In this document: positions 1 to 8,229 of the stretch, piece by piece
Position numbering within the stretch: position 1 is the first letter of the stretch
Layout: every line of letters begins with the position of its first letter
NCBI GenBank assembly: GCA_000004985.1
Contig: GG738849.1
Reading direction: 5' to 3' (one strand)
DNA length: 64,000 nt
From: Naegleria gruberi
Lineage: Eukaryota
Notes under the pieces: model-generated
Seen by the model: the letters and a program-made list of their open reading frames with translations, nothing else
Told to the model about the DNA's origin: nothing
The model's database searches: none
Program-made: the position numbers and the translations under genes

Positions 1-824
1 GGCATTGGATTTACTTGAAACAAATGGCATCCAAGTCGACGAAGTGATTTATGTTGTACTTTTGACTGCATGTGCAAACGATGTGTCAATAGAAAAAGGT
101 GAGCATGTTATCAAACTAATAGAATCGTCTGGAATGCTCACAGACCATATTATGTACGGAGCTGTTGTAAACTTTTATGCCAAAATTGGAAATATTCAAA
201 AAGCTCTGTATTTTTTCAATGAATATGATGGCCCTCCTGAAAGTCTTTAATGATGTGGAAAGAGCTGAGAGAGCATTTAACATTTTATTAGAGCTCGATA
301 AGGAGCAAGCAACTCATTATGTTCTAATGTCGCATGTGTACCTTCAAAGTGATCAACCAGAAAAAGCAAAAGAAATAAGGGAATTGATGAAAAAAAATGA
401 GGTACAAAAGACACCTGGCATTACTACAATTGAAATTAATGGCAAAACTTATCATTTTTACTACAATGACGAAAGCCACCCCAAAAAGGAGGAAATATTT
501 CAAGAATTGGACAAGTTATGCCAAGAAATGGAGCTCGCAGGCTATGTTCCAGACACGAGATGGGTTACTAAAACGGATGCCAATGATGAAGAAACAAAGA
601 AACATTTACTTTCAAGGCATTCTGAAAAAATTGCATTATCATTTGCTTTCATTTCCCTTCCACCTGGATCACCAATAACAATACGAAATAATCTGAGAAT
701 GTGTGGAGATTGTCACACAGCAACAAAGTTTATATCAAAAATCAGGAAGTGTGAAATTACGGTTAGAGATGCCAGTAGATATCATCACTTTAAGGATGGA
801 AAGTGCAGCTGTGGAGACTTTTAA
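1..824 (+). CDS. DYW-type pentatricopeptide repeat (PPR) RNA-editing factor, 5'-partial at the window edge. A PPR repeat is followed by E1/E2 and a DYW cytidine-deaminase-like domain with the HSEK..CGDCH..HHF..CSCGDF signature. There is an apparent 1-nt frameshift near 245-248.
   Basis: ORF 5-250 has a PPR motif (YGAVVNFYAKIGNIQKALYFFNEYDGPPES). ORF 177-824 has the E-domain consensus (ALLKVFNDVERAERAFNILLELD, HYVLMSHVY, TPGITTIEINGKTYHFYYNDESHP) and the DYW domain (HSEKIALSFAFI, CGDCH, RYHHFKDGKCSCGDF). The two frames overlap at 171-250. Removing one T from the T-run at about 246-248 gives a continuous PPESLNDVERAERAF. Confidence 0.8.
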
Positions 825-858
825 AAGTCAAGACCATTCGATCAAAGTTAAATGAAAT

Positions 859-1824
859 CTAATACATTTTCGGAACGTTTATTGTTGGATAAGCACCAGA
901 GTTTGGATTTGGTACATAATTTGGATTAAAGTCATCTCTTCTCTTTCCAACTAATCCCAATTTCTTAATGGCACTATATTGTTCAGGAATTTCCATTAGG
1001 GCATGTAATGCAAAGGTGGCATCCACTGATTTTTTAGCCTCTCTGGCCTTCTTGGCAACTTCATCCCAATGGACAAATTGGAAATTATCAAACTTTCTCT
1101 GAGGTAACTCATCATCATAATTATGCATCAAATCAAAAGGTCCATCTCCTAAACCAACCATGACAATACTGATTGGATAATTGCTTGCCCTAACGATTGC
1201 TTCTTCAGTTTCCTTTTCATTGACAACCAAACCATCTGCCAAAATAATTAAAATATGATATTGACCTCTACCAGATTGCATGACAGTTTCAATTGCCTTT
1301 TCAATTACAGGTGCAAAGTTAGTTGGACCACTCAACTTGATGTGTGGCGTTATTCTTCTGTATTCATGTAAAACTTCTTCAAATCCTCTACATGGTCTGT
1401 ATTCACCATTAGGACAAAATGGGAAACAACCAAAATCACGACACTTATCATCTCCAAATCCTAAAACATCTATCAACTTGTCGTCATCAAACTTTTCCAA
1501 TGTTCTACCAATTATTGAGATGACTTTTTCATATGGATTTACAATATCACCAACCGGATCAATATAATGAAGACTTCTTCCTCCAAAGGTTTTTCTTCCT
1601 TGTTCTTCATTCGATTTTGTATAATCAATTCCGATGATCAAATTACATGATTCTAAACCAGTCTTTCTCAGGGCATCTTGCACCTCTTCAATGGAATTAT
1701 AATTATCACCAATAGCAAGTCCCAAGGCCGATTGTGAAGTAGTTTGTTGAGCATTGGCTTTTTTTGTTTTAGAATAAATAGCAATAATAGCCAGTATGAT
1801 CAGTATGATGGTGAATGGATCCAT
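859..1824 (-). CDS. Copine-like vWA-domain protein with an N-terminal transmembrane anchor and no C2 domains.
   Basis: 321-aa ORF with an N-terminal hydrophobic helix (IILIILAIIAIY). The copine/vWA core motifs are present (IIGIDYTKSN, HILIILADG, PISIVMVGLGDGPFDLM, FDNFQFVHWDEV). Confidence 0.75.
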   Translation of the reverse strand: MDPFTIILIILAIIAIYSKTKKANAQQTTSQSALGLAIGDNYNSIEEVQDALRKTGLESCNLIIGIDYTKSNEEQGRKTFGGRSLHYIDPVGDIVNPYEKVISIIGRTLEKFDDDKLIDVLGFGDDKCRDFGCFPFCPNGEYRPCRGFEEVLHEYRRITPHIKLSGPTNFAPVIEKAIETVMQSGRGQYHILIILADGLVVNEKETEEAIVRASNYPISIVMVGLGDGPFDLMHNYDDELPQRKFDNFQFVHWDEVAKKAREAKKSVDATFALHALMEIPEQYSAIKKLGLVGKRRDDFNPNYVPNPNSGAYPTINVPKMY

Positions 1825-2263
1825 TATGTGTGTGTTTTTGGTTAGTGTATTGTTGTCTTTTTATTTTTTCTTTTAAACTTGGAGGAACATGAACCATTAT
1901 TAATACATGATTTGATGAACATCAAACACGTGTTTCAAGACACGAAAATTTGTTTCTAAAAAAAACATCTTCATTCGATATCGGGAACTGTAGAGGTGAC
2001 TACAAAATGCCACAAGAATCTGGTTGAGTAAGGTATAGTAAGGGGTAAAAATACTAAACCTTGTTGATAAAGCTGCTAAATCTTTTAACTCTAAATAGTG
2101 AATGGTGACTTGAAGCTGCCTAGAAATTGAGTGAGATTAGCAAAGTTTAACAAGAAATTCTTCATTGTATTTTGCAATAAAGAATACATAATTGTTCAAC
2201 CGATCTTTTCAAGTTGTATTTTCTTTCCCGCCACAATTTGGTTCCAAAACTTCTACAAAAAAA

Positions 2264-2809
2264 ATGGCTGAATTACATCTTATTGGAGAAATTACAGGAG
2301 CAACAGGGTACAGGGAAGATAATCTGTTTTGCTCATTTCATGTTGAAAAGGGAAGTCACTGGACACATGTAAGCGGCTTGGAAAAAGGACAAACACAAGT
2401 AAATAAGAGACACGGAGAAGATATGGTCAATATATTTGCACATCCGATAGATATTCATTACTCAACACCAACTGTTGTAGGTTGGCCTAAAATAGTGATA
2501 CAAGTGTGGTACAATGATAATTATGGAAGAAATGATTTTGTGGCATATGGAGTTTTGAATATCCCTTCGCAGGGAGGTTACTTTGAATTGGAGTGTCCAA
2601 CATGGAGGCCAGTAGGAAATTTGAAGGATAGAATTGGTGACCTAGTTGTTGGTGGAAGAATGCAAGTAAAGGATTTATCAATTGTACATAACGGAGAAGA
2701 CAGAAGAAAGCTCACAACCATATCATGTGGAACTGTATATATCAAATTGAATGTATTATTAAGGAACTTTAAAAAGTATGGAGTTTCAACAACTCAGGTA
2801 CAACAATAA
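2264..2809 (+). CDS. B9D2: B9 domain-containing protein 2 (B9D2), a ciliary transition-zone protein.
   Basis: MAELHLIGEITGATGY..LFCSF..GQTQV..AHPIDIHY..GWPKIVIQVW..DNYGR..GYG..CPTWRP..GG..RRKL..CGTVYIKLNVLLRNFKKYGV aligns along its whole length with the metazoan B9D2 pattern. The ATG at 2264 is in frame with ORF 2192-2809. Confidence 0.8.
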   Translation: MAELHLIGEITGATGYREDNLFCSFHVEKGSHWTHVSGLEKGQTQVNKRHGEDMVNIFAHPIDIHYSTPTVVGWPKIVIQVWYNDNYGRNDFVAYGVLNIPSQGGYFELECPTWRPVGNLKDRIGDLVVGGRMQVKDLSIVHNGEDRRKLTTISCGTVYIKLNVLLRNFKKYGVSTTQVQQ

Positions 2810-2862
2810 TTTATAATGAAATAATCAGTAAAATGATTCGTATATTTACAATATTATAACAA

Positions 2863-4028
2863 TTAGAGAAAAGTTGGATTGGCAGTTGTAATGGATGGTT
2901 CCTCTGTTGATGTAGTTCCTTCCAATTGAGAATAGGTTCCGACATTACCCTCCCTTCTCTTCCCATATTCATCTAATACATTGTGAGCTACCAATACAGC
3001 ATCTCTGTCATAGGTTTCATAATCGAGTGGTCTTCTTCTCACAGTGGCTGAAGTAAATCTCGACTTGACATTAGAGACACCTGAAGTACCCTCATGTTTT
3101 GTGAGAGCTCCTGTATTTTGTTCGGCGATACTCTTTCTGAATGCAATTTTCACTTCTGGATCCAATTCTTCGATACGATGAATTTTACCATCTCTCATGT
3201 AGACAACTCTGTCAGCTGCATTTTTCAAGTTAGGGTCGTGAGTAACCATGACCATTGTAATTCCATCTTCCTGATTGAGTTTGATGAGTAGATCCATAAC
3301 ATTAAGGGTATTTTTTGTATCCAAGTCACCACTATAAATCCATATCAGGTTTTCAGGTTTAGAATATTAGTCAATTCAATGTTAAAGTTAAATTAGAAAA
3401 TGTTAGAAAATTCTAAATAAATGAAATACATACGTTGGTTCATCTAAAAGTAAAATTTCTGGGTGATTAGAAATGGCTCTGGCAATTGTGACACGCTGTT
3501 GTTCACCTCCTGACAATTGATTAGGAGAGTGATCGAAACGATGTCCCATTCCAACTTTTTCTAACAACTTTTTAGCTCTTTCTCTTCTTGTTGATTTACT
3601 CACATTTCCTTGTAAAATCATTGGCATTTCCACATTTTCCAAAGCAGACATTGTTGATAATAAGTTAAAAGTTTGAAATACAAATCCCATTCTAGCCAAT
3701 CTAATATTGGCCAATGTTTCATCCTTTGTATTTGAAGTAACACGTTCTCCACAAATTGTCAAGTGACCCTTTGTTGGTTTATCAATAGTTCCAATAATAT
3801 TCAACATGGAGGTTTTACCACCTAAATGTGTGATGAAGATGTGTTGTTGATAATATTATTAATATTATTTATCACAATTATTATTATCATCATCATATCA
3901 TTAAATACACTACCTCCTGAAGTTCCGTAAATAACAAGAAATTCTCCTCTTTTCACTTTTAAATTAACTCCTCTCAAGGCAGGAACACCTTCAATACCTA
4001 ACAAGTAGGTTTTTTGAATATTATCCAA
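2863..4028 (-). CDS. Soluble bacterial-type ABC ATPase (LolD/MacB/FtsE-like nucleotide-binding domain, ABCH-like) with three exons: 3914-4028, 3434-3821 and 2863-3332.
   Basis: Walker A YGTSGG|GKTS is reconstituted across intron 1 (3822-3913, gtagtg..tttag). Q-loop, signature LSGGEQQRVTIARA and Walker B ILLLDEPT are in exon 2. Intron 2 (3333-3433, gtatgt..tatag) joins to GDLDTKNT..VTHD (D-loop and H-loop). Splice phases are consistent (1 and 2). Confidence 0.85.
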
Positions 4029-4821
4029 TTCTATTATATAATCAGTTGTATCAACTTCTCCGACTTGTTTGAAGAGACTAAATTATTCGAAATATTATAT
4101 AAATTCATATTACGATCCAATTAAAATCACATACTTTTCAAATCCCTTGTTAAAGTCCTTCTCCTCCGTATTTTTCATAATGTTGATGGATATGTTTTTA
4201 ATGATGATGGATAATGATGATTATCACTGTGGTAGAGGTCTTTTTTTTAATTGATGATTGTGACGATTCTTGCTATTGAGCGCATATTCAACTCCGCTTC
4301 TAACATAACAATTAAATTTACTTTACAATATATTAATATATATTAAATTTTTAATCATTTACAGCACGTTTACTTCAAATTTGACGCGTTTTTTGAAAGA
4401 AAATAAATTATTTAGAAAAAATTTTGTTGTTCTTCTGTTGTCAAATCCAAAATAAGCATTTCAATAGAACAACACCTAACCACTCGTTCTTACTCATTTC
4501 TACATATTTTTGAGAATGCTGCCACCCCAAGGGGTATGTCAATGCGAGGATTCATAATTTGAAGTCAGATTTCAAAACTACCTTAATTCCATCGAGAAAT
4601 TAGCATTTTGTTGAATAAAATATTATCGTTACAGATTCTTTTCAAATGGAGTTGAGTTTACTTGCCAAATCAAAATTGAAAGATGAAATACTTTAAATTT
4701 TAAAAAAAACAATTTTAATTTCCCCAAATCTTGTCAAACTTGAAGTAAACGTGCTGTACAATTCAATAATTTAAACTTGATGTAAGAAAACAATACAATA
4801 GAAACAACAACGGAAGAAAAA
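4029..4821. promoter_or_regulatory. Divergent intergenic region shared by the ABC ATPase gene (- strand) and the GspG-like gene (+ strand). It presumably holds a bidirectional promoter.
   Basis: About 790 bp of AT-rich non-coding sequence lie between two divergently oriented start codons (4028 and 4822). Confidence 0.4.
4359..4760. repeat. Inverted repeat pair of about 28 bp with one mismatch, arms at about 4359-4386 and 4733-4760, flanking a spacer of about 346 bp.
   Basis: tacagcacgtttacttcaaatttgac at 4361-4386 is the reverse complement of gtcaaacttgaagtaaacgtgctgta at 4735-4760. A partial third copy (agtttacttgccaaatcaaaatt) lies inside the spacer near 4655. Confidence 0.6.
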
Positions 4822-6048
4822 GTGAAAGTGTCCAAATCTCCAACAAGACAACTTAAAAAAATTATGATGCACAATTCAAAGACCCAACCATTCTCCATGA
4901 TGGGTCACACACCACTATCATCGGAGAGGAGGAAATATCGAAGAATGGAACAAATTATAAAACATCTTATACCTTTTGCAACTATTAAAAGTAGTAGTAG
5001 TATTGAAGAAAATAATTATTGTACAACAAGTGTAAATAATAATAGAAAATGTGAAAATAATAATCAAATGATGGAAATATTACAATTTTTAATAAGACAC
5101 ATTCTTGTTACTAAAAGGAATAATAAGGATTCTATCAATCAATTAAATATAATCCTACAAAAATATATTCAACAAACGAATGGGGATTTTAAAAAGTATT
5201 TACCAATCGGAATTATTGCAGGACTGATATGTGCAAACAAATATAATCAAAATAATAGTACTATATCGAATAGATTTAATATTGTAAAAAACATTTTTAG
5301 TAACAGTGCTGGAATTTTAAAAGATAACAATATTGCAGTCACAATTCATCATTTGAGTATGATTGAAATTTTAATTGCCATTTCAATTATTGTTACATTT
5401 TCTGGACTTACAGGAGCTGTGCTTGCACAAGTTTACGAAGAAAGTCGTGTGAGTAATGCCTTGTTAGATTTGGCAAAATTACAGGAAGGACTAGTTCTTT
5501 ATTTCACAAGACATGGTAAATATCCACTTTCACTTGAGGATTTATTAGAAGGAGGCGAGTTGAATAAGGTTCCAAAAGATCCTTGGGGAACAGATTACCT
5601 CTATGTCCCTCACCTCGATTGGAATCGTCTTAATAGAATTTTACTCACCACAACAACAAGCAATAGTGGAAATAATTCTACTTCACAACAACAATTAACA
5701 TATTTCAATGAAGTATTGAAGAGAATGGAAACTGTTCTGATAACATTACCTGGAGGTGTCACACCCATGTCATTACTAGCAATTGCCAATGAACAACCTT
5801 TCTGTATTTGTGTGGGAACAAAGATACCTCGTTTCCCAAGCAAGATTGATGTTGATGTATCGAGAGAACGTATCAGATATGTGGCCAATTTGATGAAAAT
5901 GTCTATGGAGAGAAGTAGTGTTGCTGGAAGTGTTCAATCCAATAATCAACAAGGTGTCACCTCAATAATGAATCAAATTACTGAATTGAATGCCAGAATT
6001 AAGAATATTTTAAATGTTACCAGACAAGCATCAGGTGGTGGAGAATAA
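4822..6048 (+). CDS. gspG: Type II secretion system major pseudopilin (GspG/PulG-like) homologue inside a 408-aa eukaryotic protein. There is an N-terminal extension of about 175 aa (basic, presequence-like), a pseudopilin domain at about nt 5350-5640, and a C-terminal extension of about 140 aa.
   Basis: Hydrophobic N-terminal pilin helix LSMIEILIAISIIVTFSGLTGAVLAQ with a conserved Glu. It is followed by EESRVSNALLDLAKLQEGLVLYFTRHGKYPLSLEDLLEGGELNKVPKDPWGTDYLYVP. This matches the GspG core (ALE/ALD..Y....YP...GLQAL......LPKDPWGNDY.) almost motif for motif. The N-terminus MKVSKSPTRQLKKIMMHNSKTQPFSMMGHTPLSSERRKYRR is basic and hydroxylated, like a mitochondrial presequence. Confidence 0.85.
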   Translation: MKVSKSPTRQLKKIMMHNSKTQPFSMMGHTPLSSERRKYRRMEQIIKHLIPFATIKSSSSIEENNYCTTSVNNNRKCENNNQMMEILQFLIRHILVTKRNNKDSINQLNIILQKYIQQTNGDFKKYLPIGIIAGLICANKYNQNNSTISNRFNIVKNIFSNSAGILKDNNIAVTIHHLSMIEILIAISIIVTFSGLTGAVLAQVYEESRVSNALLDLAKLQEGLVLYFTRHGKYPLSLEDLLEGGELNKVPKDPWGTDYLYVPHLDWNRLNRILLTTTTSNSGNNSTSQQQLTYFNEVLKRMETVLITLPGGVTPMSLLAIANEQPFCICVGTKIPRFPSKIDVDVSRERIRYVANLMKMSMERSSVAGSVQSNNQQGVTSIMNQITELNARIKNILNVTRQASGGGE

Positions 6049-6196
6049 ATTATTACTGTTTCATTCAATTAAATTGCAATTCACTACATTGATCAAAGTT
6101 TAAACAACTTCATTGCTGCAATAATGAAATAGCAGCAATCTAGATTCTTAAAAAACAAATAACGGATGTGCATACATTATTTTTAATGAAGAAAAA

Positions 6197-7867
6197 ATGT
6201 CTCGCAAAAAGGAACCTGTTGTCGAAGGACTTTCTGCTGCCGAAGCAAAAGTAAGAGCTTCCAGCGAAATTGTAAAGGAATTATTAAAAGCCTATGATAG
6301 TAATGAAACAGTTGTGATGGCAAAAGTCAGAGCACGTATTTCACGTAAATATAAATTAAAAACAGGACCAAAATTAGTAGAAATTATTGCAGCCATTCCG
6401 GAGGAACATAAATCAAAATTATTACCACTCTTGAAGGCCAAACCAATCCGTACAGCCAGTGGTATTGCTGTTGTTGCTGTAATGTGTAAACCTCACAGAT
6501 GTCCTCATATTGCCATGACAGGAAATGTTTGTTTATATTGTCCTGGTGGTCCTGACTCTGATTTTGAATACTCTACACAATCTTATACAGGTTATGAACC
6601 TACTAGTATGAGAGCTATTAGAGCTCGTTATAACCCATATCTTCAAACTAGAAATCGTATTGATCAATTGAAGAGACTTGGTCACGATTGTGATAAAGTT
6701 GAATTCATCATCATGGGTGGTACATTTATGAGTTTGGAAAAGGAATATCGTGATGAATTTATTAGAAATTTACATGATGCTCTCTCCGGTCACACCAGTT
6801 CAAGTGTCGAAGAAGCAATCAGATATAGTGAACAAAGCAAGCAAAAGTGTATTGGTATTACTATTGAAACAAGACCTGATTATTGTTTAAAGCCACACAT
6901 TTCTAATTTATTGGAATATGGTTGTACCAGACTTGAAATTGGTGTTCAATCTATTTATGAAGATATTGCTCGTGACACAAATCGTGGTCACACTGTTGCT
7001 TCTGTTAAACGTTCTTTCACATTGGCAAAGGATCAAGGTTACAAAATTGTTGCTCATATGATGCCTGACTTGCCAAACTCTGACATGGAAAGAGATATTC
7101 TTGGATTTATTGAATATTTTGAAAATCCTGCATTTAGAACTGATGGTCTTAAACTTTATCCAACATTGGTTATTAGAGGTACAGGATTGTATGAACTGTG
7201 GAAGACAGGACAATACAAGAATTATTCACCTGATTCATTGGTTGACTTGGTTGCTAAAATCATGTCACTTGTTCCTCCATGGACAAGAGTTTACCGTATT
7301 CAACGTGATATTCCAATGCCTCTTGTTACAAGTGGTGTTGAAAAGGGTAACTTGAGAGAATTGGCTTTGGCTAGAATGAAAGATTTGGGTTTGAAATGTC
7401 GTGATGTCAGAACTAGAGAAGTTGGTATTCAATCTATTCACACTAAGATTATTCCTGATGAAGTTGAACTCATTAGAAGGGATTATTGTGCTCAAGATGG
7501 TTGGGAAACTTTCCTTGCTTATGAAGATGCTGCTCAAGATATTTTAATTGGTTTATTACGTTTGAGAAAATGTACTCAAACTGATACTACTTTCCGTAAG
7601 GAATTGAAGAATGACCAAATTGCCCAAGCAAGTATTGTAAGAGAATTACACGTTTATGGTTCTGTTGTTCCTGTTCGTGCCAGAGATCCAACTAAATTCC
7701 AACACAAGGGTTATGGTACATTACTCATGGAAGAAGCTGAAAGAATTGCCAGAGAAGAACATGGCAGTCAAAAACTCCTAGTTATCAGTGGTGTTGGTAC
7801 TAGACATTATTATAGAAAATTAGGCTATGAATTGGATGGTCCATATATGAGTAAGATGCTTGTGTAA
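6197..7867 (+). CDS. ELP3: Elongator complex catalytic subunit Elp3 (radical-SAM plus GNAT acetyltransferase).
   Basis: 556-aa single-exon ORF. Radical-SAM cysteine motif ([51 protein letters not shown]) and a C-terminal GNAT ([17 protein letters not shown]). Collinear with Elp3 over the full length. Confidence 0.95.
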   Translation: MSRKKEPVVEGLSAAEAKVRASSEIVKELLKAYDSNETVVMAKVRARISRKYKLKTGPKLVEIIAAIPEEHKSKLLPLLKAKPIRTASGIAVVAVMCKPHRCPHIAMTGNVCLYCPGGPDSDFEYSTQSYTGYEPTSMRAIRARYNPYLQTRNRIDQLKRLGHDCDKVEFIIMGGTFMSLEKEYRDEFIRNLHDALSGHTSSSVEEAIRYSEQSKQKCIGITIETRPDYCLKPHISNLLEYGCTRLEIGVQSIYEDIARDTNRGHTVASVKRSFTLAKDQGYKIVAHMMPDLPNSDMERDILGFIEYFENPAFRTDGLKLYPTLVIRGTGLYELWKTGQYKNYSPDSLVDLVAKIMSLVPPWTRVYRIQRDIPMPLVTSGVEKGNLRELALARMKDLGLKCRDVRTREVGIQSIHTKIIPDEVELIRRDYCAQDGWETFLAYEDAAQDILIGLLRLRKCTQTDTTFRKELKNDQIAQASIVRELHVYGSVVPVRARDPTKFQHKGYGTLLMEEAERIAREEHGSQKLLVISGVGTRHYYRKLGYELDGPYMSKMLV

Positions 7868-7971
7868 ATATTTATTAAAAGTTTTTTCTTTCAATAACTT
7901 AATATCGTAACTCGTTAGACTGACTTGAATGAGCAACTATACTTGGAAACAAGTAAGAACAAAAACGCAAC

Positions 7972-8037
7972 CGCCCCACGTGGGGCTCGAGCCATTGGAT
8001 TAAAAGTCCAACGCTCTACCGACTGAGCTAGCGGGGC
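7972..8037 (-). tRNA. tRNA-Lys(UUU)-like gene, 66 nt. Acceptor stem, D-arm and anticodon arm are intact, but about 7 nt of the 5' T-stem strand are missing. It is a probable pseudogene or tRNA-derived element.
   Basis: The minus strand reads GCCCCGC TA GCTCAGTCGGTAGAGC G TTGGA CTTTTAA TCCAA TGGC TCGAGCC CCAC GTGGGGC G. The acceptor pairs 7/7 including one G-U. The D-arm is canonical and the anticodon is TTT. Relative to canonical tRNA-Lys (..GGGTCGTGGGTTCGAGCCCCACG..) the TCGTGGG segment is absent. Confidence 0.6.
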
Positions 8038-8229
8038 TGCTCACTTCTGAGTTTTAGCGTATGATAATGAAATAGATAATTGACCACAACACAGGAACGA
8101 AAATTTGAAAAAATTCGGGTATTTTAAGGATCTGTAAATATGAAGGACTCACATGACAATACAACAAATTTCACACAGTTTCAGTTAGTACACTTGAAAA
8201 CACAGAAAGTTGAATATAAATAATGTATT

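Noticed and set aside
2863-4028. The LolD-like ABC ATPase as a bacterial gene or recent HGT remnant.
   Set aside because: Two canonical spliceosomal introns, one splitting the Walker A codons, show it is processed as a nuclear gene.
4822-6048. The GspG-like ORF as bacterial contamination or a chimeric contig.
   Set aside because: Base composition and codon usage match the flanking eukaryotic genes. The neighbours (intron-containing ABC gene, Elp3) are eukaryotic. The ORF has long non-bacterial N- and C-terminal extensions. Contamination is still formally excluded only by read-level evidence.
5610-7537. Antisense or overlapping small ORFs (5610-5888 -, 6908-7213 -, 7101-7355 +, 7265-7537 -) inside GspG and Elp3.
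   Set aside because: They lie entirely within longer ORFs that have strong homology support, and they show no motifs. They are typical AT-rich frame noise.
7972-8037. Calling the tRNA-Lys a fully functional tRNA gene.
   Set aside because: The 5' strand of the T-stem is absent, so the standard cloverleaf cannot form. It is kept as tRNA-like or pseudogene pending covariance-model scoring.
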